From positions 18,910,001-18,974,000 of the forward strand of contig NC_092671.1 of NCBI RefSeq assembly GCF_964355755.1: 64,000 bases of DNA. The letters run 5' to 3'. Shown here piece by piece: positions 9,031 to 21,169 of this stretch. The notes under the pieces were generated by a model that saw only the letters and a program-made list of their open reading frames with translations, was not told the origin of the DNA and ran no database searches. The stretch comes from Antedon mediterranea. Taxonomy: Eukaryota > Animalia > Echinodermata. The position numbers and the translations under genes were made by a program. Numbering within the stretch: position 1 is the first letter of the stretch; every line of letters begins with the position of its first letter.

Positions 9031-12000
9031 CTAGAATTGGTAGCAAAATTTATCTCCCATTGCTCTGTCTTTGTTTAGTTGATCCTTGAATGCATTTATG
9101 TTTTCTGCTTGTACTGTAGTGTGGTATAGATTGTTCCATGTGTTGACGATTCTACATGAAAAGGAGTGGCTTCTGATTTTCAGTCGGGCTCTTGGCTTTC
9201 TTAATTTGAATTGATGGCCCCTTGTTCTACTGTCCTCTCTAAAGTCAAAAAAGGTTTCGGCTTCAATATCATCCAAGCCCTTGATAATTTTAAACACTTG
9301 TATAATGTCCGCTCTCCTTCTTCTGTAATTCAGTGTAGGTAATCCAAGCTCTTTTAATCTCTGATCGTAAGATTTATCTCTTAACTTTTTGACAATTTTA
9401 GTGGCCCTACGCTGCACTCTTTCAAGCTTATCCAAATCACCTTTTAGGAGAGGGTACCATATACAGCTTGCGTATTCCAGATGAGGTCGAATTATACTTT
9501 TATAAAGGGGCAGGAACATATCCTTATCCATGTAAGCAAAAGATCGCCTTACCAATCCAATGAGTCTATTTGCTTTATTTACAGCTTCATTCGTATGTAG
9601 TGAAAATTTTAAAGACTGATCAAAAGTAACTCCAAGGTCCTTTTCAGTATTGGCATTTGGCAGATCCTCGTCACCTTCCTCTGTTGGCATAGTGAATTGC
9701 ATTTGTGGATTTGAATTTCCATAATGTATTACTTTACATTTATTAATGTTGAATTTCAGCTGCCATCTTTTAGACCAATCGGATAATGCCTTGAGATCAT
9801 TTTGAACAGTATCATTTCTGTTTTCATACACAACATTAAACATCTTAGTGTCATCTGCAAACATCCATACTTTAGATTTAACTGCATCAGGTAGGTCGTT
9901 TATGAAAATGATAAATAATAAAGGGCCTAACACGCTGCCTTGAGGGACTCCGCTTTTAACCGTAGACCATTCAGAAAATGCTGCGGCCACTCTAACTCTT
10001 TGTCTCCTCCCTGTCAAAAATTGATGTATCCATCTCAGTAGGTTTCCTTTTATTCCGTACGCTTCCAATTTTGTTATTAATCTCTGGTGGGGGATAGAAT
10101 CGAATGCCTTACTAAAATCCAAATATACAGCATCAAAGTTTTCTCCCGCATCCAGCAATTTCGTCCATTCTTCCATCACCTCCAGCAATTGTGTGACGCA
10201 AGATCTACCTTTCCGAAACCCATGCTGTGCTTTTATAATAAGGTTTCTATCATTTAGAAACTGTATAATTTTGTCTCTCACAATTGATTCCAAAAGTTTG
10301 CATACGACAGATGTCAAACTTACTGGCCTGTAGTTTCCAACCTCCGTCTTGTCCCCTTTCTTAAAAATTGGTACTACATTTGCACATTTCCAGCACTCCG
10401 GTAACTGTCCAGTCGATAGTGATTTGTTGTATATTGACGTCAATGGAGTTGCAACAATTTCTTTAAGTTCCTTCAGTACTCTTGGATGCACGTCATCTGG
10501 TCCAGCTGATTTATTTGAGTTCATCTGCTGAAGGCATGTAAGCACTTCCTCCTTTGTCACTTCAATTGACTCCAAATGGTCATCCACGTCAACTCTTGGT
10601 GTAACTTCTGGCAATGACTCGAGGTCTTCATTCGTGAATACACTTATGAAAAATGCGTTGAAAATTTCCGCTTTATGCTGATTGTCATCAGCCATATTAC
10701 CCTTTCCATCCTTCACCAATCCAATAGATTGAGTTGTTTTGGTTTTCTCTCTTACATATTTCCAGAAACTTTTAGGATTTGTTTTTACTTCATTGCAAAT
10801 TTTCCGCTCCAGTGCAATCTTTGCTGCCCTTTTTTCACCTGTTACTATATTTCTTGCCTTTTTGTAACTGTCATAATCCTTCTGTTGTCGAGACCTTGTA
10901 AACTTTTTCCATGCATTATGTTTCATTTTAATTTTCCTCTGAACGTCACCAGTCATCCAGATAGGTTTATTTTCTTTTTTTATGTTTGACTTGGGAATAC
11001 AGATCTGAACAGCATTTCTTATTGATTTATTTAAAGCTTCACAGGCCTCTTCAACATTTGTATTTTCAAATTGGTAGTCCACCTCAGTAATCAGTTCTTT
11101 CATTTTAATATAGTCACCCTTGTTGAAATTTAGCTTGTATTCCATTTTCTCTTGTATTTTAGTTACACAGTCATATGAAAACAAGATTGTTACGTGGTCG
11201 CTTTTTCCTAATGGTGGACCTATCTCAATTTCACTTATTTTGGTTTCATCCATGGTGATTACTAAGTCGAGTATGTTAGGTGTTTGACCATCTCGAAATC
11301 GTGTTGGTTGCTGTATACACTGGCATAGAAAATTATCTCTAAGGCATTCTATAAACCGATTACTTTTATGTGTTTCATTTTTATTTGTACTCCAAGAAAT
11401 CCAATCAATTTCAGGAAAATTGAAATCTCCTAACATGATGAAATCAGAAATACCATTTAGTTCACTTGCTTTGTTGATAGCAGATAGTAAAGCTTGATTA
11501 TTTTCGTCAATACTGTTAGGACTTCTGTAAATACATCCGCATAATAGTTGTTGCCTTTTATTTATTTCAATTTTGATCCATAGTGCTTCTACAAAATTTA
11601 AATTCAGTAATTCGTTACAGATACTGGCATTCAGCTCTTCCTTCGCAAAAATAACCACACCTCTACCACTTCTGCCAGAATCAAATTCTGTGTATCCCTT
11701 GATGCTTAACTCAACTTCCAATATGTCTGTACAAGTTTTGTTATTTACTTCAGTTATTGCAACCACATCAGGTTTCCTTTGATTTATAATATCACGTAAC
11801 TCACCTATTTTATTTCTCAGGGCATCTGCGTTTGTGTAAAGAAATTTCAACGACTTCTCATGAAAATCAACAATATCATCTTTTCTTAAACTAGATTTCT
11901 TCTGCTTTAATCCTTCTATAAAAGTTTTAAATTTTTTCTTGTCCTCTGAACATTTTTTTTTTCTTATAAATGTTTGTTTCACTTTTCTTTCTAAGTTAAA

Positions 12001-12078
12001 ATAATTTTCTTCAAAACAAAAAGATTCTATATTTGAAAATTCTTTATGATGATGAACTAGGGCCTCGAAAACGATCAA
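9031..12078 (-). CDS. CR1 ORF2: APE endonuclease + reverse transcriptase, uninterrupted
   Basis: 1015-codon open frame. Motifs YTNA, ITE, IYRSP, GDFN, LDL, SDH, NYRPVSLTS, QHGFR, DFSKAFD, GVPQGSVLGP, FADD, KDLGV, RPHLEYA, TRGH. The start codon is uncertain. Confidence 0.93.
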   Translation of the reverse strand: MIVFEALVHHHKEFSNIESFCFEENYFNLERKVKQTFIRKKKCSEDKKKFKTFIEGLKQKKSSLRKDDIVDFHEKSLKFLYTNADALRNKIGELRDIINQRKPDVVAITEVNNKTCTDILEVELSIKGYTEFDSGRSGRGVVIFAKEELNASICNELLNLNFVEALWIKIEINKRQQLLCGCIYRSPNSIDENNQALLSAINKASELNGISDFIMLGDFNFPEIDWISWSTNKNETHKSNRFIECLRDNFLCQCIQQPTRFRDGQTPNILDLVITMDETKISEIEIGPPLGKSDHVTILFSYDCVTKIQEKMEYKLNFNKGDYIKMKELITEVDYQFENTNVEEACEALNKSIRNAVQICIPKSNIKKENKPIWMTGDVQRKIKMKHNAWKKFTRSRQQKDYDSYKKARNIVTGEKRAAKIALERKICNEVKTNPKSFWKYVREKTKTTQSIGLVKDGKGNMADDNQHKAEIFNAFFISVFTNEDLESLPEVTPRVDVDDHLESIEVTKEEVLTCLQQMNSNKSAGPDDVHPRVLKELKEIVATPLTSIYNKSLSTGQLPECWKCANVVPIFKKGDKTEVGNYRPVSLTSVVCKLLESIVRDKIIQFLNDRNLIIKAQHGFRKGRSCVTQLLEVMEEWTKLLDAGENFDAVYLDFSKAFDSIPHQRLITKLEAYGIKGNLLRWIHQFLTGRRQRVRVAAAFSEWSTVKSGVPQGSVLGPLLFIIFINDLPDAVKSKVWMFADDTKMFNVVYENRNDTVQNDLKALSDWSKRWQLKFNINKCKVIHYGNSNPQMQFTMPTEEGDEDLPNANTEKDLGVTFDQSLKFSLHTNEAVNKANRLIGLVRRSFAYMDKDMFLPLYKSIIRPHLEYASCIWYPLLKGDLDKLERVQRRATKIVKKLRDKSYDQRLKELGLPTLNYRRRRADIIQVFKIIKGLDDIEAETFFDFREDSRTRGHQFKLRKPRARLKIRSHSFSCRIVNTWNNLYHTTVQAENINAFKDQLNKDRAMGDKFCYQF

Positions 12079-13081
12079 ACGCCAGTTCGCTATCCCGCTT
12101 CATAATTTTTCTTCTTATAACAAGATCAATCTCGCCGTTATCTTTCCTTGATCTTAGTTCCTGTCTTAACTCATAGTTCATTTGCCTCTCTTTTTTTGAT
12201 CTATCAGGATTAATATATATGTTCTTTAGAAATGCGTGATCCGTGCTTCTAAGTTTTTTTGCATTTACCATCACTTCCCTTTTACTTTTCAGGCTATCCA
12301 GAGAAACTCTTGCCATTCTACACCCGTCTTCCGTGTATTTCCCAAGCCTGATCACTTCTGTTATTTCAACTCCCTCTATCTCTAGACACTCATTGAATAA
12401 TTTCTCAATAGCAACCCTGTCTTCCTTCAGTCTCTGCTGAGAACTTTGGTTATCAGATTCAGGTAGATTTTCGATCACAATATTTAATTTACGAGATTCT
12501 CTATCTCTATATTCTTCAATGCCTTCCTGAACACTCTCTTTAATTTTCCCATCCATTAGATCGTAGCTCTCTTTTAATTCTATCAAATTATTTCTTGTGT
12601 CGACCTGGATTTTTTCAATGACTTCAATGTTTTTATTGGTTAGTGATGCTCTAAGCGCCTGATCTTTTTGCGTTTTTTCCACAATATTTAATCTCGCATT
12701 CATATTTTCCTGCAATTCATTTATCTCCGCAATTTTCTTCAACAAAGGTAACTGTACAAGGCATGTATCACATGACCATAAAAAATTCTTTATTTCGCTG
12801 TCGGAGAGGAGAGCATACATTTTATTTGAGAGTTTTGAACATTTCAGGCAGAAACACCTCTTACAAATGTCACAATTTACGCCCTTATCCTTTTCGCCTA
12901 TGATGGTTTTACAGATAGCACAAGCTCCCTCAACTGACTGTGGAGTTGCTTCCTGTTCAGGTTGGCTAGGCCTAGGCCTAGCATCTGCAGGCCTAAATCT
13001 AGGTTCCAGTTCCATATCCTTTCTATCCCTTGCCTTCCCTCTAGTAGTAGGCCTACCTTCAGCCATGGTTGTTAAGTTCAA
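12044..13081 (-). CDS. CR1 ORF1 protein (PHD finger, coiled coil, RRM-like region)
   Basis: CAIC...CDIC..CFCLKC...WSCDTC PHD-type pattern, RESRKLNIVIENLPES, IRLGK, IYINPD. The first ATG is at MAEGRP. Confidence 0.85.
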   Translation of the reverse strand: MNLTTMAEGRPTTRGKARDRKDMELEPRFRPADARPRPSQPEQEATPQSVEGACAICKTIIGEKDKGVNCDICKRCFCLKCSKLSNKMYALLSDSEIKNFLWSCDTCLVQLPLLKKIAEINELQENMNARLNIVEKTQKDQALRASLTNKNIEVIEKIQVDTRNNLIELKESYDLMDGKIKESVQEGIEEYRDRESRKLNIVIENLPESDNQSSQQRLKEDRVAIEKLFNECLEIEGVEITEVIRLGKYTEDGCRMARVSLDSLKSKREVMVNAKKLRSTDHAFLKNIYINPDRSKKERQMNYELRQELRSRKDNGEIDLVIRRKIMKRDSELAFDRFRGPSSSS

Positions 13082-13377
13082 GGAACACTAGGCCTAGCCC
13101 CTACACCCTGCTTCCAGGACTCTATGCTCCTCTGTATGGATACTGTAGGCTTCACATGGGTCCAGTTGACTTACCCCGACTTAGCAAACACGCTTCCAGA
13201 ATATCGAAAAATATATCCTTTTTGATACAAATTTCTTGGTACTAGTACTTATTATCAATTAATATATCATATCATCCACTTTGAAGAACAATTTAAATCC
13301 CGGTTTCAAAGATTTTAGCAGATTTAATTCATGAGGTTCAGAGCAAAATAAAACTACATGTTGCATTATCGAATAGC

Positions 13378-14013
13378 GCCTACTAAAGCAACTTGTTCTC
13401 TTCTAAATCGAAATAGAACGGCCAACAAGTTATTGTTAACGTCTGGTCCTTTGGCCCAATATTCGTTCAGCACATGGCCCTTATAGTTTGCACTACTGTT
13501 AAAAACAATTCTTAAAGGTGTACTTTTACTGTCCGGTTTTGCTATTCCGTGATGTGATATGTAGTGAACAGGTCCTTTATAGCTCCTCATCTCACTGTCA
13601 GATAACTTACGAGCAACTTTCCGCTCTAACATATCATCCATCTGTGAAGCATAGCACTCTGCATATTTCTCATTTTTCTGCAATCTCTTTTCGGTTGCTC
13701 TCAGTTTCGCTTCCGCAACCGATCGGTTGTCCGGTAAATCTTTAGGATCTCTGATCCATGGATATTTGGCTGTCCATTTACCATCTGAATAACTTAAACC
13801 TTCGTCAATAAGATTCAGTTCTCTCTCTTCCTTTAGGGTAAATCGTTTTGACCCAATAGGACAATTGCCACACTCGCAACTTCCGCACTTCGGATTGCAA
13901 GCAACTCCCATACTTTCTATATCAAGGAATTGCGAAGAAACCTGTTTTTCTATGTACGTAAGATTGGTTGCGTTAGACTCACTCCGACACACAGGATGTT
14001 TACCAAAAACCAT
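13378..14013 (-). pseudogene. BEL/Pao pol, RT N-terminal part
   Basis: CGSCECGNC motif, PWIRDP, HYISHHG, RFRREQVALVG, cut by the LINE insertion. Confidence 0.85.
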
Positions 14014-15693
14014 TACTTCAAACGTCCCTTCACATAGAGCCCTTCAGTCCGCAGAATGTTTGGAAATAGACTTGCATTGTCTGCTCCTATCAACAATTCT
14101 ACTGCACCTGTAGGTCTCTCTATCAGATGCTTTTCCACCTTAAAGATGTCAGCTAACTTCTCAGTGTCTTGAGGGAGTAATCTGTTTGTAATGCGTGGCA
14201 TCCCAAATACTTCTATTTTAATATATCCATTATACTTCGTCTTTAGCGGCAATGTATAACTGAATGTCTCGATTTGCTCAGTTTCACCGCCAAATTTTGT
14301 CACGGAGACTGTCAGCGGCTTTCCTTTCAACTTTAGTTTTTCAGCTACGTCTGCCAATATAACGGATGACGTACTGGCCGTATCAAACATCGCGTTGACT
14401 TTGGTTCCCCATTTCGTTATCACGCTCTTGGCCATTAAGATACACGGCGCGTCAGTGCCGGTACTAGTCTGTTGCGACGTTTCGGTGTTCTGAGTATTTG
14501 AAGCTGGCTCTTTTTTCGGTGGAAAATGAATTAACGGGTGATGCTTCCTACTGCATCCATCCTTTCCACAATTTCCCAACTTACATGTTTTCACTTGATG
14601 CCCATGTTTGAGGCATCTGAAACAAACTCTTTTCTGTTTGATGACCTCTATTCGTTCTTGCATTGACATGGCCTTAAAACCTTTGCAGTCTTGCGTTTGG
14701 TGTTTAGCATTGTCATGTAAGATACAAGCAGCAGTATCTGTGGGCTTCTCTGTAAATACCGTGTTGACAATGCTGCGTTGCTGTTTTGGTCTCTGATTAG
14801 TTTCGTGTAAGCTAGTCATCATATATTTCAAACTTTTGGCTTCTTCTTCTAGGTAGTCCAAAAGAATCTTCAGTTTACCGTCTTTTTCTATTTTATCCTT
14901 CGATTGGGGATCATGTATTAGTCTGACCCATCTTCTCTTTTGATCGTCGGGTAACCTACTCTCAATTTCACTTATTACTCTGATATTGTTCATCTCGTGC
15001 TCTATTGCCATCCGCTTCAGATTTCGATGGCATGCTAAAATTAGATCTATGAACTCAACAAATTGTTTCTCTTCTCCTTCCTTTAAAGGATTTTGCTTCA
15101 GAATGTTTCCTATGAGCGCATTGACCAGCTTGTGTCTATCGCCATATTTCTCGTCTAGTAGGGTCCACATTTGCTCATAATCGTCTTCAGCTGCTTGTAC
15201 AACTTTATTCACCTCGTTACCTAAACAAGACCGGAGTCTGAAAGGCAACTGCTCTGGATGTGTAGCCTTTTCGACAAATTTCTTAAAGTCCGTCTTAAAC
15301 CTCGTGTATGTCTTTATGTCCCCATTGAATTTTGGCAACTCCATTTTCTTTAGGTCAATTTTATGTGTTTCGGTTTGTCTCATTCCGTCTTTGGAGTCCT
15401 TTTGTACCGCCTCTTCTTGATCTTTTCTATGTTTATAAAAGAGTAGTCTGATCGCGCTATGAACGTCTATCCGTGGTAGCATCCATGCGTCTTCTTCCGC
15501 TTCTTTGTCAGCCTCAGTCAGATCTAGTATCTTCTCGTGCGCAATCTTTAAATTTTGGAATTACTCGTCTAACTCTTCATACAAATCTTTTAACAACTCC
15601 GGTGGATGATTTGCGTGTACCGATGTTTATCTCCTCTGCCTTTGTTTTAAAGCTCCGTTCTCTCCTCCGTCTGTGCCTTTTTGCATCCTCCAT
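14013..15693 (-). pseudogene. BEL/Pao gag-protease (frameshifted)
   Basis: 489-aa ORF 15482-14013 with DUF1759-like gag, CCHC knuckles and a DTAS aspartic protease motif. The ATG at 15693 is in a different, interrupted frame. Confidence 0.85.
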
Positions 15694-17049
15694 CTCTGTG
15701 CGTTGACAATCTTGCCAAGTGTTCGAATGTTTCGATATTCAAACTGATAAAAAAACTCGTGAACTCAGATTGACTTGAATAGTGGATTTATTGTGTCCCA
15801 ACTGATTATCTCAAGTAGGTTGTTCGAACCTATCAATAAAAATACAATACTATACGTAAATCTTAGAACGTTTAACTCAGTGTAACAAATGTATAATCTA
15901 AGCTATTGATAAATAAAATTAAAGTTCAGCTCATGATCAAAGTGTATACTTAAACTTACACTTTTCGACATCCAAAACTCAACTCAAATTACTCAACAGC
16001 TTGAACATTGAAATGTTAAATATCACCTAAAAAAAACACAAGGACATTTATACATGTTAAATCATTCCGTAAAATTATAAGCTCAAAACTAATAAAAGTA
16101 GATCAAATCAAAGTAATAAAATCTCTCCTTATCTGTCTACACTCAGAAACTTCTAACCACAAAATACCATTAATCAGGGATCAACATTCACGAGTCGAAC
16201 CCCAACCTCAGCACAATAGAAACTCAAAATGATATCAATCCGCGTTATGTACTTGTGTAGAACATTACTAACATTTTACTCTTACATTAATACACTGATA
16301 GAATATAGTTCCAATAATATAATGTTCTTAAACATCTACCACTAACTTTGCATTATTAATACATATGCCGTATCATTCAGTCCACAACTTAGTTCAACTA
16401 TAAACTAATGTTGATTAAGTAATTAAACATACCGTAGTAATTTCCTTTCAAACTTTAAGTTCACTAACTATCTATACTGTTACCGTATTTATAGACTATG
16501 ATTTCAGCATTTAAATCGTTCTAATATAACTAATACTTTTATAATCACGTTTAATACAATAAAATAGATTAACTCACCGATCGTTTCTTAAAATACTCTT
16601 AAACAACGGCGTTAATTTACTCAATTATTTCTCTTAATGTTTTCACGTTTTCTCAGAAAAGTATGCAGTCTTCTCACGTGTATTACTGTAAAACCACAAC
16701 TTTGTAGAGGGCGTTAATTCCTTTCTCTAACGAAACAATTTCCTTATGTGGGACCTGGGCTCTACCAGTCACTGAACTTGTTGCAGAACAAAAATAACAC
16801 ACATATAATAAAGTCCGAAACAACTTCATTTGCTTTTTTTTTCATTTGTTGTAGATAATTTTATATATGTATCCTATATTTACTACAAAATCTTCCATAT
16901 TAATTATATTTCAGTATGGCAACTGATGATCAATAAGGTATTTGCGAGAGAGACTGAGATGTGACAATGTCAATAAAGGTGGTTTTTATACACACAAAAG
17001 AAAAAAATACTCTTTGGTAAAATCTACACAAAGTGCAAAATTAAAATTA

Positions 17050-19260
17050 TTAACATGTTAATTTACAGTATATGAGCATATATACTTACAGAATTTATTG
17101 TTAAATACAGACTGCACTCTTTCCTCAATACACTTCTTTCTTTTGTTTCTGTGTTCATAAGTGTTGTGGATATTTGTTTGGAAAAATCCAGCAAAAAGTT
17201 GGTGTTCTCCAAAAACGTCACTCCATTGGTCGATCCAATGCCAGTCATCTTTCCGCTTGATTTAGCAACGCACACACAGCTTTCATAAACATAAACATAA
17301 ACATTAGTGCTTGCTTATTTCTAACGGTAGACACTGGGGACAAATATGCATGACTATTGTTTTAAATCATATTTCAATGATATTCTTTCAATTTGTTCAT
17401 TGATGATCGTCAACAATGTTTTACAGAAACACTTGTGTTTCTACTGAAATGTGTACTACTGTAGCCTCTTGTAATCATAACAAATTGACTTTGCATAAAC
17501 CAGATTTATAAAATATAATCTCGATCAATGAAGTTTTCTAGGTACAGAAAGCCAAAGCTATGGTATATTAAGTTGGAAACAATGTTTCGATGAGACCTAA
17601 ATAATATGAAATATCATTAAAATACTGTACATACTCTTTGACAAATTTCCTTCAGCTTTTGTTTGAATAACATATCACTCTGCCTCTCTGTTGGTGGTTT
17701 GTTCGACTTCTCCACTGCTTTTTCTGTATAATATGTATGCGTCATTCTATTGGCTTTGGTCTCCAACCGCTGGTATCGATCTTGCAGCCTCCTTTGTGGA
17801 CCCATTGCTCATTTCTTATTAATTACAATTTTAAATATACATTGTTTATTGATAATATTCTAATATGCATTTTTGGGATAAACCCACAAAACAACAGCAG
17901 CCACATACTGCACACAATATATATTATATTATTATTATATTACTTTCCTGCTGTTAATTAGTTTTGGTTGAAAAAAATGATTTGCACGTTTGTAGCATAC
18001 CTTTTGCACCTTTAACGTCAAAACTTGTTACATTTAACGGCGTGATGTTTGCACATTAGTGGATTATGAATTTTGACAGATTAGCACATTTGAGGGTGCC
18101 ATTTTTCCACAAATGTGGTTGTTTGCACATGTGAAGGCATAATGTTTGCACACATGTGGTTGTTTGCACACATGTGGTTGTTTTGCACATTGCACGACTC
18201 AACAGTCCGTCGTGATACCAGTTGTTTGGTTGATATTGTTCGTATGGGCAGTGTTGCTTGTGACCTTGTTGCCTGCAGTTGTAGCACGTAACTAGTCGTC
18301 GACGGTCTGATGATCTGTGGCTGTTCGCGTAATGCTGCCGCTGGGTTGGTTTTTAAACCTTCCGAAGAGACTGCCTTTTGGAACGCTGATTTGAGTTTCT
18401 TCTCCCATCTCGAAAGATGGCGCTTTCGCTTAGAGACACATTTTGTAGAAGGCGATTTACTCCCGCTTCTGATAAATGAAGATAATCTGTACAAAAAGGG
18501 ATTTGTCTAGGCAATCATCTTTGTATCGAAAGTTGCTATCGTTGCCAACGAATGTAATGTCACTTTTTTCGGAGACAATTTTCAATATTGCGTTTAGATC
18601 CAAGATTACATTATGCTTAACCCGGTTATCAACGCGGGGAGGGATGCTGGAAACAGTCTGTTGTTCGGATTTGGACTTTTCCTGCGTGATTAAATCTGTA
18701 TATTCACTGAGCTATTCGAAACAAGGTTATTTGTGCCGCAGACTATTGTAATATCTTTGAATGTACCAGTATTCAGATCATCAAAATACGATTTTATGTC
18801 GCTGATACATGCGTATTCGTCTCTCGGGTAGTTAGTTTGTTTACCCCCGGTAGGTAGGAATGTCGGAGTACGATGAGCCCGTTCTATGTCTATATTAGTG
18901 TCCACTTTCAGACATGTTTTTAAAAAGTCTAGACTATATTGTTCCTCCTTAATTCTCTATTCTCAAGTTCGTCAACCCGAGTAGTTGTAGTTGTTCCATG
19001 TCTCGTGACTCCGCCTTTTCGTTTATGTTTGCCTGTAATGTTTCTTGGTATGCTTCGATATCATGGACGCTCCGCCATATTTGTTTAAAATCCTGTTTAA
19101 AAATGGCAAGTCTTTGGTTAATGGAATCGATTATTTGCAACTTTTTTCAGTTTTCAAACAATAGTATCCAGCTCGCTGTCTGCTTTAGATCTGGTTTTTG
19201 TTGCCATGATTCTTTCGCCATAGTATTAGGCAATTCACTTTGATGAGAAACCAATTTTAT
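17050..19260 (-). mobile_element. Heavily deleted LINE remnant (ORF1 with L1-type RRM and SGNH esterase-like pieces, plus 3' ORF2 fragments)
   Basis: Coiled-coil ORF at 18949-19140, IERAHR, ITIVCGTNNL and esterase-like downstream sequence. The ORF2-like pieces at ~17100-17800 are less certain. Confidence 0.55.
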
Positions 19261-19469
19261 TCTTATGCAATTGAAGTGTTTCTCCGTAAACATTACCTTG
19301 GTAACTTAGTCCTAAGTATACAATTGTAGAGCGAATGTATGTCCTTGACCATTTGCTTGTGTTCTTGCTTCAGTTCGTTTTGGCATTTGTTACGCATTTC
19401 TTATGATAAGGCTTGTGACATGTAGAGCAGTTGATTATTTGTGGAGTGATGTTGTGTTTTCTAAATGTC

Positions 19470-19945
19470 CACGCAAATCTTCCTTCTCAAATGCTTTAAC
19501 AAGCTTTCGCCTAACAACCCTCTCGTCTTCTTCAAAGTTGATTGATCTTTTCTTGCACACAGTGCAGCAGCAAATGCTATACAAATATGGCCACAAGTGT
19601 TACTTGCATAAGGTTGTTGCTGTACACCATGTACGTGGATTCATATTGTGAACGCTGGGTTCCATCAACTTGCATGCCACCTGAGTCAATTCTAACGGGT
19701 AATATATTGGATTCAATGTCTGTAAACTATCGTACACATCGGCGTTACTATTGGTAAGTTGTTGGCACCAATGCTTGTCTGATATAGTAATCCAGTGTGA
19801 GTTTCTGAGGTTTTATAAATTGAACATATTGTGTAGTCTTGACAAAAGTGTCAATTTGGTGTTGATGGATGGTGTCTTGAAATCCACGTGTTTCTCTTTA
19901 GAATTATGTTGGCGGCATTTATCCTTTTATCATCTACCTCATTAT
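19470..19945 (-). pseudogene. Ulp1/SENP-like (C48) cysteine protease domain, frameshifted, probably transposon-derived
   Basis: Manual translation: VDDKRINAANIILK / GFQDT..YVQFI / NSHWITIS (His, 19795-19797) / DVYDSL (Asp) / VQQQPYASNTCGHICIAFAAALC (Gln; Cys 19593-19595). Confidence 0.75.
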
Positions 19946-20364
19946 GTCTCTCTTCTACAAGCTTTTTATGGTGTAATCTTAGTTGGTATTCCTCCAGCCA
20001 CCAGTCAATGGGTTAATCAGTCGTTTGTACTATAACATTTGACTTAGGCGTTGAAATAATCGGTCTTCCAAGACTATCTTTCGTTGTTTTCAGACCGAAC
20101 GACTTGTTAATGTACTTAATGTTGTTTCTTATTATAATAACAAATATGGTTGAGATGGCATTAACAAGTAGATATGTTTGTGGGTAACGTCGCAATTGTG
20201 GTCTTTTCGTGATTCCCAGCATCCCAACATTTCCTCTGCTTTTTCTTGGATAAATTTCTGGGAAAAAATGTAAAAATATATCCTCCTGCCACTAAATTCC
20301 ATTGAAAACGTGTCCATATTGATAACACAAACAGCAGTTGTGCTGTCAATCATTGTTTTCACAA

Positions 20365-20615
20365 GTATCTCCTCTTAGTCTGTTTTCCTACTTCTTTACA
20401 ATACGTTGGTACTAGTAACATAAATTGATCGTTTCACTCTAACCCTAAAAACTTGATAGCCTCAGTGTTTACTACTGAGATGGTTCACTCTTTAAATGTA
20501 AAGCTTCCTGTCAGTACAGTGATCCCTGTCTCTTACATAGGCTTATCGTCCATATCATTATTGCAGATTTTCCTGCATCTGGAAACTGTTCTGCCGAAAA
20601 TTATGCGGTCCTCTG
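20365..20615 (-). mobile_element. Diverged BEL/Pao pol fragment
   Basis: Collinear nucleotide similarity to 8485-8790 (e.g. ttcctacttct, tacgttggtact, ctaaccctaaaaa, ctgagatggt, ttctgccgaaa). Confidence 0.7.
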
Positions 20616-21169
20616 TCAAACGTATGTGACTAAAAAAGTAATATCACGATGATGATGTTTTAATCATCCAAGAAATAAAAGTGAATGAAATTCCCACAAA
20701 AGAGAAAACAAAATGTTTAATTAAAAAGTGCAATACTAAAAAGAAAAGAAAACAAAAAATATTCTTAAAATATGACAAGAATAGATTTAATTAAGAAAAT
20801 ATGTTAACTACATCGATAATTTTCAGTATCCAAACACACAGTATGTCTGAACACAATTTATGGAATTTTCTTTATAAAAGATTATTTATACATCCAATTT
20901 GTTCAGGTATATCTAGCATACTTATTGAAAATGATATAGAGAAAATAAGAATTTCAGTAATGTTTGCCCTAATTTGCGAATGAATTATAACTTATTATTT
21001 AGGGCCTAAATTGTTTATCTAACCAAATGATAATGAGTTCTCTCTTGTAGCTATTTTTTAGTTTCTGAGGGAATAATATGTATATATTAAGTGTAACTGT
21101 AAATCTGATGTAAACACTATTACACAAAAGAATAATTATGTAAATAGTATAGATAACAGCATAGGCATT

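Larger units (their letters stand above)
8950..13377 (-). mobile_element. Full-length CR1-clade LINE (~4.43 kb)
   Basis: 5'UTR, ORF1, ORF2, short 3'UTR ending in (GATTCAAGTAA)x2. Removing it restores the BEL codons GTA GGC|GAT ATC AAG (VG|DIK). No clear TSD. Confidence 0.93.
7601..16790 (-). mobile_element. BEL/Pao LTR retrotransposon, degenerate and 3'-truncated (no integrase, no 3' LTR), interrupted by a CR1 LINE
   Basis: Gag (LPKFNGD, zinc knuckles CFRCLKHGH and CGKDGCSRKHHPLIH), protease FDTAS, RT (HYISHHG, LRIVFNSS, NVYMDD), Pao RNase H region (FSDAS, SIVRLELSAA, NIADIISR). The 5' limit (TGTTCTGCAAC from 16790) is tentative. Confidence 0.9.

Noticed and set aside
7533-15795. 68-bp direct repeats as the LTR pair of the first BEL element
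   Set aside because: Too short, no PPT or TSD, and the downstream copy sits inside truncated pol before any integrase.
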